Assembly: GCA_021815535.1 (NCBI GenBank) | Contig: JAKAGL010000001.1 | Span: 1 to 38,513, forward strand | DNA from: a bacterium | Lineage (GTDB): Bacteria > Nitrospinota_A > UBA7883 > JACRGQ01 | Reading direction: 5' to 3' | Length of the DNA stretch: 38,513 nucleotides | Shown here: one piece after another, positions 16,686 through 25,447 of the stretch | Layout of the letters: every line of letters begins with the position of its first letter | Position numbering within the stretch: position 1 is the first letter of the stretch | Translations under genes and position numbers: made by a program | The notes under the pieces: generated by a model | Told to the model about the DNA's origin: nothing | The model's database searches: none | Seen by the model: only the letters and a program-made list of their open reading frames with translations

Positions 16686-18011
16686 CTATAAAAGTGCGGC
16701 CGCGGCATCGTGGCCGGCAATAAAACTGTGATCCATGTTTCCCGTTTCGTACCGCCAGCCGCCGAACCTTCCCACCGAGCTGATGTTGTGTTGGCGGAGG
16801 AATTGTTCGATGGGGCCGAGGGCCGCATCTCTCCTTAGGGAGGGAATGGGGTAGAGGTACGGTACTTTCAACATCCACGCGCTCGCGATGCGGCGGCGGT
16901 CATTCGGGCGGATAAGACCGCTTTTCACCAGCCCGTCCACCGTTTCTTTCACAATGGTGGATGCATTGCGTTTTTGCGTGATGCCTGTCGATATTTCACA
17001 CATGAACGAGGTCTGCGCGCCGGGACGCGGCACGTTGAACGGAGAGTAGTTGGAAAAATAGGTGACGCGGTAGAAGGGAACCGCTGTATCAGGAAAGTAA
17101 ACCCAGCAACGGCTGTTTTTTATGAACCGGTTGATGCCGATGCCGACCACAAGGCCGCTGTTGTGTTTTAATCCGGCAGCTGCACGAAGGATGTCCGGCT
17201 CCGGTGCATTGAGCATTTTTTTTACGAAGTGGTCCAGCGGCGCCGTGGTAATGAGCGAGCCATATGAAACCTTACTGCCATTGTGGAAAGTTATGGTCTT
17301 TCTTTTTACGTCCACTCGCACCGCTTCGTGGCGTAAGGAGATGTGCGGTGCAAAGCCGGCCGCGATTTGAATGAACAGGCCGCCGGTGCCGCCCCGGCGG
17401 GGGAAGTGGAAGGTGGCGTTAGGCCCCCATGAATGGTTAACCGCTTTCTTCTTTGCCGCATTTATTATTTCGGAAGAGGCGGGAACCGAAATGCGGTTCT
17501 CTATCCAGTAATAACCCATCTCTTCCAATGGGCTGGCCCAGAGCTTACTATTGTACGGCGTCATAAAATGCCGGGAGATGCCATCACCCAGCCGCCACGG
17601 TATCCAATCTCCGAAGTGCGCGGGTATTGCGGTATCGCCGCGTTGTTCAACGGCGATCAGCCCTTCCAGGCATTCGCGCATGGCGCGGGGCGGAAGGCTG
17701 TGGATGTTGTTTTGCAGGGGGAAGGGGATAAAACGTCCGGCGGTGCGGATGTAGCTTTCGCGGGTGTGGGTCAGCGCGTCCGCTCCCAGGGCGCGTTCCA
17801 CCACTTTGTTGAAAAGCGGGTAGCCGCTGAAGATGACGTGTCCGCCGATATCCCAAGTAAACCCCTTGGCGTCGACACGGCTGGACGAAAGGCCGCCGAT
17901 CCGCCCGGTGGATTCAAATATCATCCAGTGGGCCCGCGATTGCCGTGCCAGCCGGTATCCGGCCCCCAGTCCCGCCGGGCCGGCGCCCAGTACCGCTATA
18001 TCCAGTTTCAT
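16686..18011 (-). CDS. FAD-dependent enzyme, long-form (eukaryote-type) UDP-galactopyranose mutase-like
   Basis: Dinucleotide motif VLGAGPAGLGAG. Blocks GGHVIFS, PFPLQNNI, WGPNATFHFPRRGGTGG, CWVYFP..PFYRVTYFSNYSP and RFGGWRYETGNMDHSF match the conserved blocks I recall for fungal/kinetoplastid UGM. Confidence 0.7.
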   Translation of the reverse strand: MKLDIAVLGAGPAGLGAGYRLARQSRAHWMIFESTGRIGGLSSSRVDAKGFTWDIGGHVIFSGYPLFNKVVERALGADALTHTRESYIRTAGRFIPFPLQNNIHSLPPRAMRECLEGLIAVEQRGDTAIPAHFGDWIPWRLGDGISRHFMTPYNSKLWASPLEEMGYYWIENRISVPASSEIINAAKKKAVNHSWGPNATFHFPRRGGTGGLFIQIAAGFAPHISLRHEAVRVDVKRKTITFHNGSKVSYGSLITTAPLDHFVKKMLNAPEPDILRAAAGLKHNSGLVVGIGINRFIKNSRCWVYFPDTAVPFYRVTYFSNYSPFNVPRPGAQTSFMCEISTGITQKRNASTIVKETVDGLVKSGLIRPNDRRRIASAWMLKVPYLYPIPSLRRDAALGPIEQFLRQHNISSVGRFGGWRYETGNMDHSFIAGHDAAAALL

Positions 18012-18126
18012 TGTTGTATCTTATCGGATTGCCGGGGGTAAGCGAGAGGGGAGAGCCGCACATTTTTTTTGGGTGCGCGGTCGAGGGAGCCGTTAAATCG
18101 TGGCCGGTTATTAAAAGGGATATTTT

Positions 18127-18873
18127 TTAGGGTTTCGATTTCCAGAGGCGGTACAGCTCGGCCTGACGCTCGTAAAAATAGTACCCTTCGCCCATGGCGC
18201 GGAAAAAACCGGCCACGCCGTCCAGCATTCCCAGGCGGGTGAAGTAGGCTTTCAGGAACATGGCGAAACCGGAGAACGGGGCATAAAACAGCGGATGCCG
18301 CTCGCCCGCGCCGAACTTCTCGCGGGCCGAAAGATGGGCGTAGCGGCGGAACTTGCGGAAGAGATCGGCCGTATCGCCGACGCCAAAATGGTCTATAGGG
18401 GTTTCTATGGTGCCCATTTCGCCGGTGACGCGCGGATATTCGTGCACCACCCCCTCGAACCGTCCGCACGAGCGGCGAAACAGGCGTATCTGGTAGCTGG
18501 GATTGCACGCGCCATACCGCAGCAGCCGTTTGCCGTGGTATTCGCGCCGGCGTATGGTGAACCACGTTTTACCGGTGCCTTCCCGCATGATCCGCGCAAT
18601 CTCGGCGGCGCATTCGGGGGTAACCACCTCATCGGCGTCCAGCACGAAAACCCAGTCGTGGGTGCAGCGGTCGACGGCGTAATTACGCTGCGCCGAAAAC
18701 CCTTCCCACGCGTGGTGGTAGACCAGCGGGGTGAATTTTTTGGCCAGCGCCACCGTATCATCGGCGCTACCGCTGTCCACAACCACGATCTCGTCGGCGA
18801 ACGAAAGGCTTTTCAGGCAACGTTCGATATTGGCGGCTTCGTTGAGCGTGATGACGCAGGCGGAAAGTTTCAT
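18127..18873 (-). CDS. Glycosyltransferase family 2
   Basis: Motifs LSACVITLNEAANIERCL, EIVVVDSGSADDT and VFVLDADE (DxD). First gene of the minus-strand glycan operon. Confidence 0.85.
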   Translation of the reverse strand: MKLSACVITLNEAANIERCLKSLSFADEIVVVDSGSADDTVALAKKFTPLVYHHAWEGFSAQRNYAVDRCTHDWVFVLDADEVVTPECAAEIARIMREGTGKTWFTIRRREYHGKRLLRYGACNPSYQIRLFRRSCGRFEGVVHEYPRVTGEMGTIETPIDHFGVGDTADLFRKFRRYAHLSAREKFGAGERHPLFYAPFSGFAMFLKAYFTRLGMLDGVAGFFRAMGEGYYFYERQAELYRLWKSKP

Positions 18874-18995
18874 CGACGTACTTTATCATAATGCCGCGCG
18901 GCGGGGTAAAGGGCGCGGTTTGCGGAATTGCCGTTTATTTGTGGGGCCGAGAACCATTGTGCTAACATGCGTGCCAAGCCAAACTTGGAGAACGA

Positions 18996-19763
18996 ATGAA
19001 CGACCTTGAGAAATATATCCTTGAAAACACCGGCCACCAGACCTGCAAATGGAGCCACTATGCCGGGATTTACGACCGGCATCTGGCGAAATTCCGGGGG
19101 ACGGCGGTAACGCTGGTGGAGTTCGGCGTGTCGCACGGCGGCTCGCTGCAGATATGGAAACGTTATCTCGGTCCCAAGGCCCGCATCATCGGGGTGGACA
19201 TCAATCCCGAATGCAAAAAGCTGGAAGAAGAGCAGATCACCATCTTGATCGGCGACCAGGGGGACAAAAAGTTTCTCGAATCGATTTTGAAAACCGCTCC
19301 CGCGATCGACATCCTTATCGACGACGGCGGCCACCGGATGAAACAGCAGGTGAACACGTTTGAAGTCCTTTTTCCGCACATCACGGCCAACGGCGTGTAT
19401 TCGTGCGAGGATTTGAACACCTCGTACTGGCACCGGTATGGCGGCGGTTACAAGAAGAAGGGTTCGTTCATCGAGTACAGCAAGAATTTCATCGACTATC
19501 TGAACGCCTGGCATTCCGAGCAGCCGCGCCGCCTGAATGTTTCGGCATTCACCAAAACGGTCGATTCGCTGCATTACTATGACGGCCTGCTGGTCATAGA
19601 AAAACGGCCGCGGGAGATGCCCTACGCCGTCGAAACCGGTCAGCCGACCACCAACTTCTATCTGAAAAAAACGCTGGGGGAACGGCTGGAACGGCTGTGG
19701 CTGCGCCCAATCGGCTACAAAGAGGCGCCCACCAGCCTTGCGCCCAACAGAAAAGTCAAATGA
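18996..19763 (+). CDS. Class I SAM-dependent methyltransferase (CmcI/sugar O-methyltransferase-like)
   Basis: Motifs LVEFGVSHGGSLQIWKRYLGPKARIIGVDINP and ILIDDGGH, typical of the CmcI-like family. Transcribed divergently from the GT2 gene. Confidence 0.8.
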   Translation: MNDLEKYILENTGHQTCKWSHYAGIYDRHLAKFRGTAVTLVEFGVSHGGSLQIWKRYLGPKARIIGVDINPECKKLEEEQITILIGDQGDKKFLESILKTAPAIDILIDDGGHRMKQQVNTFEVLFPHITANGVYSCEDLNTSYWHRYGGGYKKKGSFIEYSKNFIDYLNAWHSEQPRRLNVSAFTKTVDSLHYYDGLLVIEKRPREMPYAVETGQPTTNFYLKKTLGERLERLWLRPIGYKEAPTSLAPNRKVK

Positions 19764-19834
19764 CCCTCATCCCTTCCTTACATTGTGGGGCGCGGCGGCA
19801 TGCGGCGTTTCCGGCATGCCGGGGGCGGTAGCGC

Positions 19835-20599
19835 GTGTGCAACGTTAGCGGGATCGCGTTCGGGAACAAAAGCCTGACGCCGGCCGATGTCTTCGGCAAG
19901 GACGTCATCGAAGTGGGGGCGTGCGACGTCAACGGCAGCCTGCGCGCCGGGGTGGAGGCCAAAAAGCCGGCTTCATACTTGGGGGTGGACATCGTGCCGG
20001 GCAAGGGGGTCGACGTGGTGTGCGGCGCCGATGAGCTGGTTGAAAAATTCGGCCCGCAGCGTTTCGACATCGTGATATCGACCGAGATGATAGAGCATGT
20101 GCTCGATTGGCGGCGGGCCGTTTCCAACCTAAAAAATATCTGCCGTCCCGGCGGCGTGTTAATCGTCACCACCCGCTCGAAGGGGTTCCACTTCCACGCC
20201 GCGCCGTACGATTTTTGGCGCTATGAGATCGATGATATGAAGGCGATTTTTTCCGATTTTGAAATCGAGATGCTGGAGAAGGATACGGCCGACATCGGCG
20301 TATTCATGAAAGCGCACAAACCGGCGTCGTTCAAAGAAAACAGCCTTGCCGGGTACGCCCTATACAACATCGTCACCGACGACCGCCGCGAATCGTTCGA
20401 TATGGATGACATGGGCAACCCCCGGTGGAAGAAAAACCCCGTATACGACAAGGGGATTTACAAACACCTGAAGGATCTGATCCGCACGAAGGCCATCACC
20501 GATTACGGCGATGTGGCCGGTTCCCGGTGGTATCCGCGCCGACCCTACTACCGCCTCAAGCTGGCGTTCAGCTTTTTACGCACGAAGTTTCTGGGCTGA
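19835..20599 (+). CDS. Class I SAM-dependent methyltransferase (Methyltransf_11-like)
   Basis: Motif I VIEVGACDVNG, then YLGVDI, FDIVISTEMIEHV and RPGGVLIVTT. The GTG start comes immediately after an in-frame stop. Confidence 0.8.
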   Translation: MCNVSGIAFGNKSLTPADVFGKDVIEVGACDVNGSLRAGVEAKKPASYLGVDIVPGKGVDVVCGADELVEKFGPQRFDIVISTEMIEHVLDWRRAVSNLKNICRPGGVLIVTTRSKGFHFHAAPYDFWRYEIDDMKAIFSDFEIEMLEKDTADIGVFMKAHKPASFKENSLAGYALYNIVTDDRRESFDMDDMGNPRWKKNPVYDKGIYKHLKDLIRTKAITDYGDVAGSRWYPRRPYYRLKLAFSFLRTKFLG

Positions 20600-20636
20600 G
20601 GGTTTCCCGCAGCCGGCGCTTCCGGCGTTTTCCGGC

Positions 20637-21422
20637 CTACAGGTTGCAGGTTTTGCAGATATCAAATGGCCAGATGCCGCTGCTTATCAGGCGGCGGGCT
20701 TTGACGTAGGCCGGGGCGTACCAGATGTCGCGCAACTCTTTTTCACCGGCATTGCCGAATGTGACCGAGGATGTGAAATCGTTGCAACACAGGACGGCGT
20801 TCCCCCGGTAGTCGATGGTGAGGTGGTTTACCAGGAAACAGTAGGGGTGGCGTGTGTGCTTGATGTCCACCAGCCCCCCCCGATTGTTGAGCATATCCCC
20901 CTCTTTGCGGTAGTACATGCTGTGGAAATCGACGATTTCGACTTTATACAATTCCGGCCTTTCCGCCTTGATGTATGCCAAGGTATCGGCCAGGAGCTTT
21001 GGCATGGATGGGGAATGAAGCGATATGCGGAACGAATCGACCCCCGCCTCCATCAATGCGAGGTATTTTTCCGCCGATAGGAAATCGCCGTTGGTGTAGA
21101 CAATGATGTTGGCCTTTGGCAGTTTTTTCCGTGCGTAGGCCATGAACGCAGGCAGCCGTTCATCGGCCAGCGGCTCGCCGTAGAAATGCGGCGAGAAGCG
21201 GCCCTCAAATCCCCATCGGGAGAGGGAATCGATGATCCTGTAAAACAGTTGTTCATCCATCGGCACTTCGGGGCGCCCCACCGTGTAATTGGGGCAGTAG
21301 ACGCATTTGCGGTTGCAGTACGAGGTGGTTTCCACCTCCACCGTTTTGGGCGGGCGTACCGGCCCCAGCAGCGCTTTTGCGTACCGCAGCCACGCGGCAA
21401 GCATCGAATGTTTCAGCGACAT
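20637..21422 (-). CDS. Radical SAM protein with a SPASM/twitch-type C-terminal Cys domain
   Basis: Radical SAM motif CNRKCVYC (Cx3Cx2C). The C-terminal C-x11-G-x4-C (CFLVNHLTIDYRGNAVLC) is followed by C and a terminal CKTC. 261 aa. Confidence 0.85.
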   Translation of the reverse strand: MSLKHSMLAAWLRYAKALLGPVRPPKTVEVETTSYCNRKCVYCPNYTVGRPEVPMDEQLFYRIIDSLSRWGFEGRFSPHFYGEPLADERLPAFMAYARKKLPKANIIVYTNGDFLSAEKYLALMEAGVDSFRISLHSPSMPKLLADTLAYIKAERPELYKVEIVDFHSMYYRKEGDMLNNRGGLVDIKHTRHPYCFLVNHLTIDYRGNAVLCCNDFTSSVTFGNAGEKELRDIWYAPAYVKARRLISSGIWPFDICKTCNL

Positions 21423-21431
21423 GGCCGTTAC

Positions 21432-22310
21432 CTACCTTCCACCTTCGCGGCCAGGCCCCACAACCTCGGCGGGCGAGGCGGGGGATGGGGCGTCGCCGCT
21501 GCATATGCGGCAGATCTCATACGGCCACAGTCCGCTCCAGTAGCGGCGGCGGATGTCGAGGTAGTCCTTTTTATTCCAGATATCGATGAGGCGCTCGGTG
21601 GATGCGTTGCCGAACCGATGTTGGGAATAGTAATCCATGCAACAGAGGATCACGTTCCCTTCCACATCGATGGTGAGCCGTTTGAAGTTGCAGTAATTGA
21701 GCTTGCCGGGGTGTTTCACGTAGACCGCGCCCCCCCGGTTGGAAAGCTCCTGTTCCTCGTCACGCTCGAAGATCACGATGTTTTTGGCGTATTGCGAGCC
21801 TTTCACCGCCTCGACCATCCGGGTGAACGGTTCGGCGGGGATGCGGTCATGCCGGGATACCTTGATACAGTCGGCGCCGCTTTCCACCAGCCGCTTGAAT
21901 TTTTCAAAATCCAGAAGGTCGCCGTTGGTATACACCTCCAGCGTGGCGCCGGGAAGCTGCGTCCGCGCCTGCTTCAAAAAGCCGAACAGCCGCTTATCCA
22001 AAAGCGGCTCGCTGTAAAAACAGAAAAATAGCGTCCCGGTGAATCTGATGTCGCCAAGATCGCCGATGATCTTTTTATAAAGCGCCTCGTCCATCATTTT
22101 TGCCGGTCTTGGATTGACGGAAACCGGACAGTAAACGCAGTTCCGGTTGCACGCCGAGATGGTTTCGATTTCCACCATCTTGAACAGGGGGTTGCGGAAC
22201 ATCCCCAGCCAATAGCCCACCTTCCGCAACGGCCTGAAAGAGTAAAGAAAAGTCTTTAGCTCGTTCTTTGACAAGATTTTCATATAGTTATCCGCAAGGT
22301 TCCGTTGCAA
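21432..22310 (-). CDS. Radical SAM protein with a SPASM/twitch-type C-terminal Cys domain (paralog of the 20637-21422 gene)
   Basis: Radical SAM motif CNRNCVYC. The C-terminal Cys pattern is CNFKRLTIDVEGNVILCC ... CRICSG. It is colinear with the downstream paralog throughout. Start is TTG at 22310 or, perhaps more likely, ATG at 22283. Confidence 0.85.
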   Translation of the reverse strand: MQRNLADNYMKILSKNELKTFLYSFRPLRKVGYWLGMFRNPLFKMVEIETISACNRNCVYCPVSVNPRPAKMMDEALYKKIIGDLGDIRFTGTLFFCFYSEPLLDKRLFGFLKQARTQLPGATLEVYTNGDLLDFEKFKRLVESGADCIKVSRHDRIPAEPFTRMVEAVKGSQYAKNIVIFERDEEQELSNRGGAVYVKHPGKLNYCNFKRLTIDVEGNVILCCMDYYSQHRFGNASTERLIDIWNKKDYLDIRRRYWSGLWPYEICRICSGDAPSPASPAEVVGPGREGGR

Positions 22311-22459
22311 GCCGGTGTTGGGTTCGGCTTCAAACCTTTAAGCCGGATGTATCAGATTGCGGGGCAAAGAGTTTCTTCATCGTTCTTATTATAACCTTCA
22401 GAAGGAGAGTTTCTAGCAGAAAGCTCCTTTTTCCGGTTATTGGCGGAACGAGAGGGGGC

Positions 22460-23524
22460 CTAGGCGGGCCGGTCGCGCAGGCCCTGATGGATCTCCGCCA
22501 TGATCTCGCGGATGCTGCGGGTGTACTCCCATTTCGGATAATGCGCGCGGAACTTCCGTACGTCGCTTATCCACCAGATGTGGTCGCCGCTGCGGTTTTC
22601 ATCCACATAGTTGAGCTTCATCCTGTTGCCGCTGATCTCTTCCGCGATGGCGACCGCCTCGAGCAACGAGCAGTTCGAATGCCGTCCGCCCCCCGCGTTG
22701 TACACCTCGCCGGGGCGCGGGTTTTGGTGGTAATGCCAAAACATGTTAACCAGGTCGTGGCTGTAGATGTTGTCGCGCACCTGCTTTCCCTTGTAGCCGA
22801 AGATGTTGTATCGGCGGCCGGTAACGCAGCATTTGATGAGGTAGGCCAAGAAGCCGTGCAGTTCCGCGCCCGAATGGCCGGGACCGGTCAGGCATCCGCC
22901 GCGGAAACAGGCGGTGTTCATGCCGAAGTAGCGGCCGTACTCCTGCACCATCACGTCGGCGGCAACCTTGGAAACGCCGAACACGCTGTGTTTTGAGCTG
23001 TCGATGCTCATGCTTTCGTCGATGCCGTGGGCGGCGAACGGGTGCGCCGGGTCCACTTCCCAGCGGGTCTCGCGCTCCACCAGCGGCAGCGCATTCGGCG
23101 TATCGCCATATACCTTGTTGGTGGAGGTGAAGATGAAGGATGTCTTTGGGGCATGGCGGCGCGCCGCTTCCAGCATGATGAGCGTGCCAGTCGCGTTGAT
23201 GGAAAAATCGGTAAGCGGTTCGCGCGCGGCCCAGTCGTGCGAGGGCTGGGCGGCGGCGTGAATGACGATGGCGATGTCGGCGCCGTATTCGGCAAATACC
23301 CTCTCCACCGCCTGTTGGTCGCGGATGTCGGCCTCCACATGAATGTAGTTCGGCACCTGCTCCCTCAGCCGTTGCAGGTTCCAGCGGGTGGATCCGTCCT
23401 CGCCAAAGAAGTATTTCCGCATGTCGTTATCGATGCCGACGGGGGTGAATCCCTGCCGGGCGAAGAACCGGACCGCTTCCGAGCCGATGAGACCGGCGGA
23501 ACCGGTGATGAGCGCGACAGCCAT
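22460..23524 (-). CDS. Extended SDR, NAD-dependent sugar epimerase/dehydratase family (CDP-paratose/tyvelose 2-epimerase-like)
   Basis: Motifs [12 protein letters not shown] (GxxGxxG) and STNKVYGD, plus FGVSK at the YxxxK position. I prefer the ATG at 23524 over the TTG at 23542. Confidence 0.85.
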   Translation of the reverse strand: MAVALITGSAGLIGSEAVRFFARQGFTPVGIDNDMRKYFFGEDGSTRWNLQRLREQVPNYIHVEADIRDQQAVERVFAEYGADIAIVIHAAAQPSHDWAAREPLTDFSINATGTLIMLEAARRHAPKTSFIFTSTNKVYGDTPNALPLVERETRWEVDPAHPFAAHGIDESMSIDSSKHSVFGVSKVAADVMVQEYGRYFGMNTACFRGGCLTGPGHSGAELHGFLAYLIKCCVTGRRYNIFGYKGKQVRDNIYSHDLVNMFWHYHQNPRPGEVYNAGGGRHSNCSLLEAVAIAEEISGNRMKLNYVDENRSGDHIWWISDVRKFRAHYPKWEYTRSIREIMAEIHQGLRDRPA

Positions 23525-23621
23525 GTTTCGTCCTGCCCCCAATCTGTTTTAGATGAAAATCTTAACAGGGATTGGCGCGTACATAAACCATATTTCCGCC
23601 CCGCAAGTCCGCTAAGGTAGA

Positions 23622-24542
23622 ATGACCGCTATGGTATCCGGGAACAGCCGCACGATTGGGATCGATCTGGGGGGAACCGGCATTTCGTTCATCGATATGT
23701 ATTCGCCGGACAACGTTATTCAGCGTATGCACATCGAAACCCCTTCCACGCGGGGTGAAATCGTGTCGGCGCTGAAAACGGCGGCGCTTCGTTTTTTGGA
23801 AACGCCGGGCCATCCCGCGCCGTCCGGCATCGGCGTTGCTGTTGCGGGGCAGGTGGGGCATGCGGGCAAAAGCGTTGTGTTCAGCCCCAACTTGCCGTTC
23901 AAAACGGAATACGCACTGGGCATGGAGCTGGAAAAGGAATTCGGCATTCCGGTATCTTTGGAAAACGACGCCAACGCCGCCGCTTTTGGGGAGCGGGTGT
24001 TCGGCATGGCGAAGGGGATGGATGATTTTATTGTCATCACGCTTGGCACCGGCATCGGGGCCGGCATTTTCGCGAACGGAAAGTTGGTGTGCGGCCACAC
24101 CGGCTCCGGCGGCGAGGCGGGGCACATGGTGATTCTTCCCGAGGGGCCGCTCTGCGGTTGCGGCAACAAAGGATGCCTGGAGGCGTTGGCATCCGGCACG
24201 GCGATCGCCCGTTCGTTCAGGGAGAAAACCGGCATCGAAAAGAGCGCCAAAGAGGTGTGCGGCCTCGCGCGCGATGGCGATGCCGCGGCCCGCGCGGTGC
24301 TGCGGGCCGCGGGCGATTATCTGGGATACGGCCTCGTAAATCTTGTCAACCTTTTTGGGCCGCAAGCGGTCTTCTTTACCGGCTCGCTTTCCAACGCGCC
24401 AGACGATTATTTTGTTCCCGCCCTGCGGCGGGTGCGGGAACGATCGTTCGGCACGGCGGGAAAGGACGTCGTTCTGAAGGTATCACCGTTAGCCTCGGAA
24501 GTGGGCGTTATCGGCGCCGCCGCCCTCCCGTTGCTCCGGTGA
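23622..24542 (+). CDS. ROK-family sugar kinase (glucokinase-like)
   Basis: Motifs IGIDLGGT, ENDANAAAFGE, ITLGTGIGAG and the zinc motif GHMVILPEGPLCGCGNKGCLE. Confidence 0.85.
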   Translation: MTAMVSGNSRTIGIDLGGTGISFIDMYSPDNVIQRMHIETPSTRGEIVSALKTAALRFLETPGHPAPSGIGVAVAGQVGHAGKSVVFSPNLPFKTEYALGMELEKEFGIPVSLENDANAAAFGERVFGMAKGMDDFIVITLGTGIGAGIFANGKLVCGHTGSGGEAGHMVILPEGPLCGCGNKGCLEALASGTAIARSFREKTGIEKSAKEVCGLARDGDAAARAVLRAAGDYLGYGLVNLVNLFGPQAVFFTGSLSNAPDDYFVPALRRVRERSFGTAGKDVVLKVSPLASEVGVIGAAALPLLR

Positions 24543-24631
24543 TACAGGCGCGACCCTTCCCGCTATCGCGATGACTTAAATCACATCCCTTTTTTTGCAT
24601 TTGTCCCGCGCAATGGGTATATAAGAAGGCC

Positions 24632-25447
24632 ATGATAGAGATTCGCAAACCGGTATTCCCAAAAGAGCACGGCCTGTGGGCATGGGTCTTTCTGCCGCTC
24701 CTTGTCGGCGCCGGCTGTGCCAAGGGGGATCATACCGTCATGGTCCCCTTGGTGTTATCGATCTTTCTGGGCTTCATGGCGTACACTCCCGCCCGCATCA
24801 TATACAAGGGATGGCGCAAGGGGGTTGCGCAAGACGGCAATATTGTTTTCTGGTTTATGGCTTATGCGGTGGCGGCGCTGGCGTTCACTTTTATTATCGT
24901 TGCCGGCGATCCCTGGACGCTTTTATTTTATGGCGGTCTGGCTTTGGCTTTCGCAATGGCCTTGGGGGCGGCGGCGGAAGGGGTTGGGCGCAGCGCCGCG
25001 TTTGAATTCGGCGGTCTTATATTCCTTTCGGTTGCGCTTTCGTTCCTCGGCGCGTTCGCCGTGTCGGGCGCATTTGACCGGGCGCATATCGCGCCGTGGG
25101 CGTTGACGCTTCTTTTTATGTTGGAGCGTTCGGTCGCCGCGCGCCGCACTGTCCGGCTGGGCGGGTTTCTGCCGGCCCTGGCCCAGCAGTCGCCAAAGCA
25201 CGCGCTCACGCTCAAGACGGTCTTCATGCAAAACCTTGGGTTGGCGTTCTTATCGCCGTTTGTGGCGCTGGTATTGGCGAAAAATCTGGGGGCGTCGTTA
25301 TTGCCGGCCGTGGCATTCATCCCCGGCTTTTTCACCACTCTTTATTTTTACCTGAAGCCTCCCGCCACCCTCCGTCCGCTCGGTTTTGCCGAGCTTTACC
25401 TCTCGATCTTTTTTGCGGCTCTGTTTATTCTTCTTTACCAGCTATAA
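24632..25447 (+). CDS. YwiC-like integral membrane protein
   Basis: 271 aa with about 8 hydrophobic segments. The N-terminal PKEHGLWAWVFLPLLVG is characteristic of the YwiC-like family. Confidence 0.65.
   Translation: MIEIRKPVFPKEHGLWAWVFLPLLVGAGCAKGDHTVMVPLVLSIFLGFMAYTPARIIYKGWRKGVAQDGNIVFWFMAYAVAALAFTFIIVAGDPWTLLFYGGLALAFAMALGAAAEGVGRSAAFEFGGLIFLSVALSFLGAFAVSGAFDRAHIAPWALTLLFMLERSVAARRTVRLGGFLPALAQQSPKHALTLKTVFMQNLGLAFLSPFVALVLAKNLGASLLPAVAFIPGFFTTLYFYLKPPATLRPLGFAELYLSIFFAALFILLYQL

Noticed and set aside
19796-19826. A GGCATGC...GCATGCC hairpin and a 25-codon ORF (ATG at 19800) between the two methyltransferase genes.
   Set aside because: The stem is short and built on a self-complementary GCATGC, with no U-tract. 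The mini-ORF has no SD and a Gly/Arg-rich translation. It is most likely ordinary intercistronic sequence.
22399-22431. A hairpin (AAGGAGAGTTTCT-AGC-AGAAAGCTCCTT) between the SDR gene and the radical SAM pair, considered as a terminator.
   Set aside because: The T-run follows the hairpin only on the plus strand, where no gene is upstream. On the coding (minus) strand it lacks a U-tract. I therefore did not annotate it as a terminator. It may still act as an RNA-stability or processing element.
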